A stretch of DNA of 54,310 nucleotides, taken from Selaginella moellendorffii (taxonomy: Eukaryota > Plantae > Lycopodiophyta). The notes beneath the pieces are model-generated. The model made no database searches and was not told where the DNA came from. It was given only the letters and a program-made list of their open reading frames with translations. The DNA is taken from contig NW_003314277.1 of assembly GCF_000143415.4 (NCBI RefSeq), positions 2,372,711-2,427,020 of the forward strand, in the 5' to 3' direction. Numbering within the stretch: position 1 is the stretch's first letter; each line of letters starts with the position of its first letter. Positions 46,388 to 54,310 of the stretch are shown here, in pieces. The translations under genes and the position numbers were made by a program.

Positions 46388-47951
46388 CTACTTGCGGAGA
46401 AGTGGAACCAATGCAAGTGGACGAGCCCGCATGAGCGTGAACCCGACCCCCTCGCCCACGTCCACCTCTTTACCATCCGGTGTTGTCCAGTTGAACCTGT
46501 AGAGAAGATTGGCGAGAACGAGATGAACAGCAGTCAACCCCAAGTTCATCCCCGGGCAGGATCGCCGGCCAAAGCCAAACGTCATGAGTTCCGTGGCCGC
46601 ATTGAATTCGCTGCTCATCCTCTCCGGGATGAACTCCAGAGGGTTCTCCCAGATGTTTGGATCCCGGCCGATGGCGTAGAGGTTGATCAACACTTGGGTC
46701 TTGGCTGGGATCGTGTAGCCAGCTTCTTCAAGCTTTCATACACGTTGATAACAAATTCAGAGATCTAGCGAGGATCAAACCTTTTAGACTACTTACCTTA
46801 CACTCGGCGGTGGATTCGCGTGGAACCATGAGTGGCGCCGGAGGGTGCTTGCGCAGGGTCTCCTTGACAATCGCGCCGAGGTACTTGAGCTTGGGAATGT
46901 CGGCCTCGCTCACCATGGCGCTACTAGCAGGGATCACGTCGTCCAATTCCTTCTGGGCTTTTGCCAAGATTTGTGGATGAAGAAGTAGCTCCGTGAGAGC
47001 CCATCCTATCGCTGTGGCAGTCGTGTCCAGCCCTGCACTCACAGCATCCTAGCAAGAGCGGCCAGCGAGTTAGTCAACACTCAAGTCAACCCCCAGTCTT
47101 ACCAGCATGAGGCACCGGATGGTAAGGTCTGACATGTTGTCGAGGGAGAGCAAGACGTCCAGGAAGCTCTCGCCGCCATGTCCTTGCTTGGCTATGGAGG
47201 ATCGGTGCTCTTCAATGTGTGCTTGAAGCAAGGCATGGAATTTGGTTGCTAAGGTTCTCAGCTTGGGCAGCGAGAGATCCATCCATTTAAGCCATGGGAC
47301 GTAATCGCCGATGTGTAGCCTCCCGCCCAGCTCGTTCCCCTGGTGGACCAAGCGGACGAAATCGTTGGCACCGAAGGTCCGGCTCGTCCCAAACACGAGC
47401 GTTTGCATGATCTCCAAGGTGAGGACGGTGACCTCCTGGGTTATGTTCACCGTTCTTCCTAGATTCTGGGAGAGCATCGCCAGGAACTTCTCCATCTCCG
47501 CTTGTCTCACTGCCGCAAAGCTCCCCACGCGGCGCGCGGTGAAGAGCTCGAGCGTGCAGATCTTGCGGAGCTCCCTCCATCTCGCGCCATAGCGCGCGAA
47601 GATGAGATCGTCTGGGAGGATCGCCTCGGCAAACGTGAGCGATGGCCGCGAGGAGAAGGTCCTGTCGTGGGACTTGAGGATCTCTTGGGTGATCTTGGCT
47701 GACGAGATGACGATCGTGGGGGTGTAGCCCAGGCGGAGGTAGAAGATCGGGCCGAGCTTCTTGGCGAGATCGAAGAGGATGAGATGCGGCCCGCGGGAAT
47801 TGCTAGCCAGGAGTGGAATGTGGCCGAGGATTGGAAAGGCCCGGGGGCTTGGAGGCATGACATGGGAGCTGCGTGAATTAGATCGATCATAGTAGAAGAT
47901 CACCAAGAAGAAAGAAGCCAAGAAGGCGAAAAAAGCTGTGATGTGCTCCAT
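46388..47951 (-). CDS. Cytochrome P450, CYP71 clan (A-type), 3 exons, apparently intact
   Basis: N-terminal TM and PPSPRAFPILGHI; WRELR C-helix; AGLDTT I-helix; KETLR; PERM; FGFGRRSCPG heme motif. Introns ~47102-47050 and ~46796-46734. Confidence 0.92.
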
Positions 47952-48989
47952 GGAAGTTTGGAAATGTAGTGTGTCCTTATAAACACTTCAAATGGTGGAT
48001 GACGCATGGAAACTTCTATAAACTGGAAGCCCTTCCTTGAGAAACAACCTTTCTAAAAAATAAACACGTTAGTTTTCTGATTTAGGCCCGCGTGGCAAAA
48101 AGAAATTGATGATGTGGCGCCGGATCATCTCCTGGTTCGCTCAGGGATGGAGATCTTTTCCTTGTCGCCCCGCCCCATAGCCAGGGCTTGCTCTATCACT
48201 CCCCAGCCGCCAGCCAAAGCTTCCAACGAGCTGAAACCATGGATGATCCCTTGAATCATCCTCACGCTTCCATTTTATCCAAGAACGCAGCCAAGGCTTT
48301 GCTCAAGCACCACTGAGCAAGATCGATGCCCTTGGGGAGGGAAAATTGCCCTTCCGCGGCAAGCTCTCCAAGAGCTCCCAAAGAACATGTATTCATACTT
48401 GGAATTTCTTTTGGCTCAGCCACGCTGTCTCGCCACATTATTCAATCCTTTGGCCAAGAGGGCCTCCACGTTGCAAATCAGAACGAGTTTTAACTGGCTA
48501 CCCCTCCGGACTTGCATCATATTCCTCCGAAAAATGTAAACATGATCTCGCCCTAGATGCTGGAAAGATGCTTTTGAACCTCTTTGCACGGATTATTACA
48601 TTAAACTTCAAACTCCCAAATTATATCCTCATCAACTTAAATCTGCCTTTAGTGATTTTACTGTACAGTGACACTTTAGTTAATTGAGGAACAGCATTAG
48701 AGACTGATTTTAGGTTTAGAATTTGTACATTTCACAATTTTCTGTGTGCTCATGCATGAAATTTGTGTAAGGACGAACGTCCTTTGTCTCACAGCTCATA
48801 AATCACAAAATTCACAGAAGTTGGCCCATTAAATATTGTGGATTCCATGTTGCATTTACTTTTAATTGAGTAATTTTAGTTGAATTTACTCTGGCATAAT
48901 TTTAATTGCGTAGCAATACCAAGTCTCAATAAAAGACGAAGAAAGAAATGAAAGTTTCCAATCCAACCTTCTTAACATGGGAGTCCACG

Positions 48990-49673
48990 ATCACAGCTTC
49001 CCTCAAATCGTTACGCCATCACCGTCAGCCACAGCAGCCGCCTTGCCAAAGCTACAGAGAGATCTCCATGAACGAATCCCCGAAATTCTTCGTCTATCTC
49101 TCGCAAAGCCTCCCTCGGCCGTTGATTAGCATTGCCATTTTGAGGCTCTTCACCCAGATGGTCTTCACGAGTTTCTGTGAGTGAGGAGCACTCGTCTAGT
49201 TGCTGTACCCCTTGATACCTTGAATCCCTGGCAGCCTGGTCCGGCATGCCTGGCGATTGTGAGACTGTGAATCCCATGAGCGAAGCAGTGGATCGCCTGG
49301 ACCATCCGGATGCTGGTCTTCCATGTCATCTTCTGCTTCTAAGCCAGCTGATTTGCCTTCTCGTTGTTGTTTGCCTGTGTTACTCCAAGTTCTCTTCCAT
49401 TTCTTCACTTTCTTCTTCTTTGGCGTCTAAGTTCGCCTTCCCACGAACTGGTTCATCTGGTGCTGCGATTTCAGTGCTCGCCGGTTGCATATCAGCTTCT
49501 TTTGTGCTGGAGCTTTGCTCCAAGCACGCATCTTGCTTTAGCTCACTAGCCTTTGCTTCTTGTTCTTCCAAACTGAGAAGCTCTGGGCTAAAAAACTCCA
49601 GCATTCCAGTGTTATTCGGCTCCACCTCCATGAAAACTTCTGCAGGAGCTCCTTCCATGTCTCCATGAGTCAT
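48990..49673 (-). pseudogene. Unidentified acidic low-complexity coding fragment with stops
   Basis: Broken Glu-rich ORFs at 49380-49673, 49196-49408 and 49011-49277. Confidence 0.35.
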
Positions 49674-49844
49674 ACATGTGCGAAAAGATGGACATAGAGA
49701 AACAAATTTGTTGCACTTAGTTTAGTGCATATTAATGGTAAAATTCCTAGAATATTCAAATAAATTTTGAATGTAAATGTTTAGTTAAGCATATGTTAAC
49801 TGGACTGCAATGACAAAAAAATGGCGGCCTGGTATCCCTCTTGA

Positions 49845-50258
49845 GAGAGGAAGATTTTTTGAGATAATTGCCTGAAAATTGTAGGCTGCTCTTACTTTGT
49901 GCCAAGGTTAGATTGGAAGCTCCCAATCTGCCATGTATCCTGGTACAATGGGCTTCTATTCTAAAGTGTCTTCGTTTATTCCAGTCAATATGTTTCATTA
50001 CTTGCGGAGAAGTGGAACCAATGCAAGTGGACGAGCGTGAGCCCGCATGAGCGTGAACCTCTTTACCATCCGGTGTTGTCCAGTTGAATCTGTAGAGAAG
50101 ATTGGCAAGAACGAAATGAACAGCAGTCATCCCCAAATTCATCCCCGGGCAGCCGTGGGTCTTGGCTGGGATCGTGTAGCCAGCTTCTTCAAGCTTTCAT
50201 ACATGTCGATAAGAAATTAAGAGATCTAGCGAGGATCAAACCTTTTAGACTACTTACC
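49845..50258 (-). pseudogene. Rearranged partial duplicate of the P450 intron 2 / last exon / 3' flank
   Basis: Matches 46216-46797 with an ~135-bp deletion removing PERF and FGFGRR, and an inverted copy of ~46308-46356 at ~49895-49945. Confidence 0.9.
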
Positions 50259-50269
50259 TGACAGAAAAA

Positions 50270-50561
50270 GCATTAGACGAATACCTTGAATCTTATTGCC
50301 AGTTCTTTGGCATGGAAAAAGTTCGCGAGCTTGGATTGACAGTATGCTCTAGTGTCGGAGTACCTTTTGGAAGAAAAAAGGAAGAATGTAAGCTCACAAG
50401 AAAAGAGAGTTGTTTGGCGTACAGGTTTAGTCATTAAGGTGTGAGAACTGGATTCCACCGCTGTAAGAGGCGATATGCGCGACAGAGGAGAGATTGACAA
50501 ACACTTTCCTTAGCGGTCTCCTTAATTTTGTCCAGTAGCAAGTTTGTGAGAAGAAAATGGC
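50270..50561 (-). pseudogene. Two exons of a short-chain dehydrogenase/reductase (TIC32/retinol dehydrogenase-like)
   Basis: (G)HFLLTNLLLDKIKETA..VNLSSVAH and YSDTRAYCQSKLANFFHAKELA (YxxxK). Confidence 0.85.
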
Positions 50562-50650
50562 CTAGACATCACAACAAGATAGAAAAGATACGTATGTATA
50601 CACGGAAAATCATGGATTTCTTTTGATCAAGTTCGAATTTTTCCTCATAC

Positions 50651-51225
50651 CTTGTAAAGTTCCATCATTTTGGAGGTGAGCTTGGAAGCATCGTGCCAGG
50701 CATGGCGACTCGCCATCTCCGGGCACAGCAATGGCCGGAGTATGTGCCGTCCCAAAGAAGTGTGGAGCAAAACTCGAGCAAATGGCGATATCACCTCTCT
50801 GGAGGAGCTCACCACGATCAAAACCACATCTTTGATCACCACCTTCATCATAGAAATGAAAATCCATGAAATGATCCAACTATAGTGGCTTGGAGCTTAC
50901 CTGTGTTGAGCTTAGAGATTTCAAGATCTTGGCAGCTGCTATAAGAGGGAGCAATTCACCGTCGTCATGACCAACAAGCACAACCGATGAGAATTTTAGT
51001 TGCTGGCAAAAGCTCAGCAGCAAATCCACCTGCGAGCTCTAATCAGAGAAATCAAACAAGCAAGAACAACAGAAAAAACTCAATTTTTTTTCTAGACGAT
51101 GATGAATAGAACACTCACTTGGGACTGGTGCTCGTGAGGATTGGGAAGACCATCTTTGTCACGGCCACTTTTTTTGCACGGCCGGCTCGTTAGTCCCCAG
51201 CCAGTCCGATCAAACGCAGCAAATA
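50651..51225 (-). pseudogene. Three internal exons of a plant alpha/beta-hydrolase
   Basis: AAFDRTGWGLTSRP...LPNPHEHQSQ | VDLLLSFCQQLKFSSVVLVGHDDGELL | VVLIVVSSSREVISPFARVLLHTSLGRHILRPLL...AWHDASKLT. Confidence 0.85.
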
Positions 51226-51233
51226 GAAAATTT

Positions 51234-51353
<120 letters not shown>

Positions 51354-52012
51354 CACAATCTGCCCAATCGCCCTAAATTTTTTCTGTTGATTTGGATCGT
51401 CATTAAAAAATTGAAGAGTCACCCCTTTGGCACTTGATCTATGCCATCTATTTGAAGTTTTTGAATTTGAACCGTTAGATTATAAGTATATTCAGAAATA
51501 ATATTCTAAAAATGGAATAAAAAACGCTGGATGCCATATGCCAATAGCACGTTTAAATAAGGGAGTACTAGCAAAAGTCCCAGCTATGCTGGGAGCATCA
51601 TGTTTATTTCTGATATTTTATTAATTTCAAAGAGTTGTAAGTGTAATTGTAATTTTTAACATAATCATAATTATAAGATATATATTTAAATTTAACATAA
51701 TATTTATATTAAAAATCCTTTCTAAAATTGAATCTATCAACAACACACATCATAACATAATAAATAAAACTCATTACATTATATCATATTTAAAACTGAT
51801 TGTTTAGTAAAGTTTTGGATCTTTTATAAATGGAATTGCTCACTGCAGAATCCTATGGCCAGATGAGTCATTTAGAAATTGAGGTTTGATAAATAATGTT
51901 TTCTTTTATTTGAAATTTCTATACAATTGATAAAAAATATTATTACTTGATGATTCATTCAACTTTACAATTTTTCCTCTTAAGAAAGTAAGTATTAATT
52001 AAGTAGACTAAA

Positions 52013-52121
<109 letters not shown>

Positions 52122-53682
52122 CACCTAAACTACAAAAATCTTTTAAACTTATAAAAATATAAATATTATTATGGAATTCAGGAATTCATCTTTTCCTCAT
52201 TTCAAACTGAAAGTTTTGGAATTGCATGATACTAAGTCAAAGATGTTAGGTTAATGTGTTATTTTTCTTTCAAGAACTTTTAATATTTTACATATTTATC
52301 TTTAATATTCCCTTTTTACCTAATATTTATATTTATGCATTTTGACAGTAATATTTAAAATTAGAAGTATTCTATTATTTAATATAAACATTATTTTTGT
52401 CAATATTTTTATATAGACAGAATGCTAATCTGAAATAAGATTATTATCTCTCTATATTCATGTATATATATTTAAAATTAAGGCTTTATAACACTGTTAT
52501 GAATGCTGAAATTTTATTATGATAAATGAATGGTAATGTTTTACTCTATGCTGGGGTAAAGTAGGGTTTGATGATATGTAATCTTTTCTTTATGCTATAA
52601 TTATAATATATCAGAAAATTCATGAATGTTATATAGATAGGTCTAATATAATTAAATTGCAGTTGTTTTTCATGTATAAATGCAATGTAGGATTAAGTGT
52701 TAGAAAATTTTATGATAAAATATAAATCTTAGACTATATCTTAGCCATTTGACAACTCAATAAGTTTAATTTTATTTATGTTTGTATTATTAAGTACCAT
52801 AAGATTACTAATAAAAAATTATTTTACACAAGAGTTATAATCATAATTATAATTTTTAACATAATCATAATTATAAAATATATGGGTAAACATAATATAA
52901 TATTTATATTAAAAATTCCTTCTACAATTGACTCTATCACCAACACACATCATAACATAATAAACAAAACTCATAACATTGTATCTTTGATCTTCTATAA
53001 GTGGAATACTCATTATGAGATCCCACTCTTAAGGATGGGTTTAATATGAATGGCTGCATGAGTAAAAATGTAGAAACTTGATATTCTGTAAGAGGAAGAA
53101 GCTAAAGCTTTAAAAGATCATACATGTATATAAATGCTCATGGTGGCAGCTGTAGTGATTATTATTTTGTATTTTTGCTCTATATGACTTACCATATTTG
53201 GTATGATCTATATCATAGACTCGTAGTTTTAGAAAAAAAAAAGTCTATGTACTAAAATTCAAGTTATATTATTAAGATATATGCATATTATTATATTTTT
53301 ATTACAGTATTGATAATTTTAGTGATAATATAATATTATAGTATTAAAATTATACATTAGTGATAATATTATCATTTAATATTTAAAATTATTTATTAAT
53401 TCACATATTTATATGTAAGAAAAAATATATTTATTAAATCTATTCTGTAGCAATGTTTGCCAATACTTAGTAAATTTAAACAATTTGTAACTAATTACAT
53501 TATTACAAATTGTTTTAATCATTCATCAACTTCTACACAATATTAGATTTGAAAGCTCCAACTTGGCTTATACTTAGAAACCTGATACCACACACAACAC
53601 ATTATAAAACAATAGTAGAAAGAAATAAAACATACTTTTTGTTTTCTCGCACATTTTTTCTTTTTAGTGTGAAGTCCAACTA

Positions 53683-54310
53683 TTATTTTTTGGTATCTCT
53701 GTAGCTCTCAAGCTTGCAACGAATCTTCAGATTGTACATCTTTGATCCAATAGAATCCATTACGGTCAAAAAAACAGTATAATCATCATCTTGTAGTGCA
53801 GCCAGCTTACATGCAGGCATCTCTACAATTTCATTAGCATCATCAAATGCAACTGCCCATATATGTCCAGTGCTATCCAGAATACACAAGTGTAGTGCAT
53901 ATTTGAGGTGAATATCTCCAGAATCAGTGTCACAAGAGTTGCATTGCCACATACTTTCCGAAACCTGAGTAACCTTCTTGGCACATTGCCTTCCATTGAC
54001 AACCTTCATGCATGCTGGGTAATAGAAGTCACCAGTCTGGAATTCTTTCACTAACACAATAACACGAAAAATAGCAGAGAACTCAGAAACCTTCAGGTTG
54101 ATAGACAACATCTCAGATACTGTCTTTGTACCAGAAATCACTGCTTTAGAAGAAGAGTTGGTCACATGGACAAATATGGTTGTGTTGTAGCTAGCAACCA
54201 TCCATTCACACAGCCATGAGACATCTTCTAATTCAGGATCAACTAAAAGGTTAGAGCCACCTGTCACTGAAATGGACTTGCCATTGTAATCTGAAATCCG
54301 GCTGCCCTTC
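53683..54310 (-). CDS. Replication protein A 70-kDa subunit-like C-terminal part (OB fold plus C4 zinc ribbon), probably Helitron-borne and possibly truncated
   Basis: ISDYNGKSIS, FYYPACMKVVNGRQCAKKV....MWQCNSCD, YALHLCILDSTGHIWAVAFDD and K.ESYRD motifs. It stops slightly early relative to the RPA1 consensus. Confidence 0.85.
   Translation of the reverse strand, partial: KGSRISDYNGKSISVTGGSNLLVDPELEDVSWLCEWMVASYNTTIFVHVTNSSSKAVISGTKTVSEMLSINLKVSEFSAIFRVIVLVKEFQTGDFYYPACMKVVNGRQCAKKVTQVSESMWQCNSCDTDSGDIHLKYALHLCILDSTGHIWAVAFDDANEIVEMPACKLAALQDDDYTVFLTVMDSIGSKMYNLKIRCKLESYRDTKK

Noticed and set aside
53683-54310. Host housekeeping RPA1 gene
   Set aside because: AT-rich codon usage, an early stop and its position inside a Helitron-terminated repeat favour a transposon-borne copy. 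Not fully excluded without the upstream sequence.

Overview
Eukaryotic plant nuclear DNA, most likely a lycophyte (Selaginella-type). This is inferred from very short 50-60 bp introns, compact GC-rich genes between AT-rich transposon tracts, long PLS-class PPR genes and an ALDH21 fragment. Bases 1-2.3 kb hold a decayed Ty3/Gypsy element with a nested Cassandra-type TRIM whose LTRs carry a 5S rRNA internal promoter. At 4252-5326 (-) is an intact 4-exon gene: signal peptide, Pro/Thr/Gly-rich extensin/AGP-like repeats, then a Hedgehog-type Hint/Hog autoprocessing domain with a sterol-recognition-like tail. This is the most striking feature and is a candidate self-cleaving, sterol-ligating cell-wall glycoprotein. 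The gene-dense core (8.5-31 kb) has a syntaxin-6-N protein, two PLS-E PPR genes, Nup88/MOS7, a glyoxal-oxidase-family protein missing both catalytic tyrosines, API5, an NFRKB/DEUBAD protein, a secreted LRR protein and tRNA-Lys(UUU). Two hairpins with a shared loop but different stems lie near 8.2 kb and 27.3 kb. A full but decayed Gypsy element spans 31.4-36.6 kb. From 36.6 to 54.3 kb is a Helitron-rich region with captured or chimeric gene fragments (AAE, ALDH21+PPR, alpha/beta-hydrolase+SDR+P450), one intact CYP71-clan P450 and a Helitron-type RPA70. All calls are by eye; no database searches were run.
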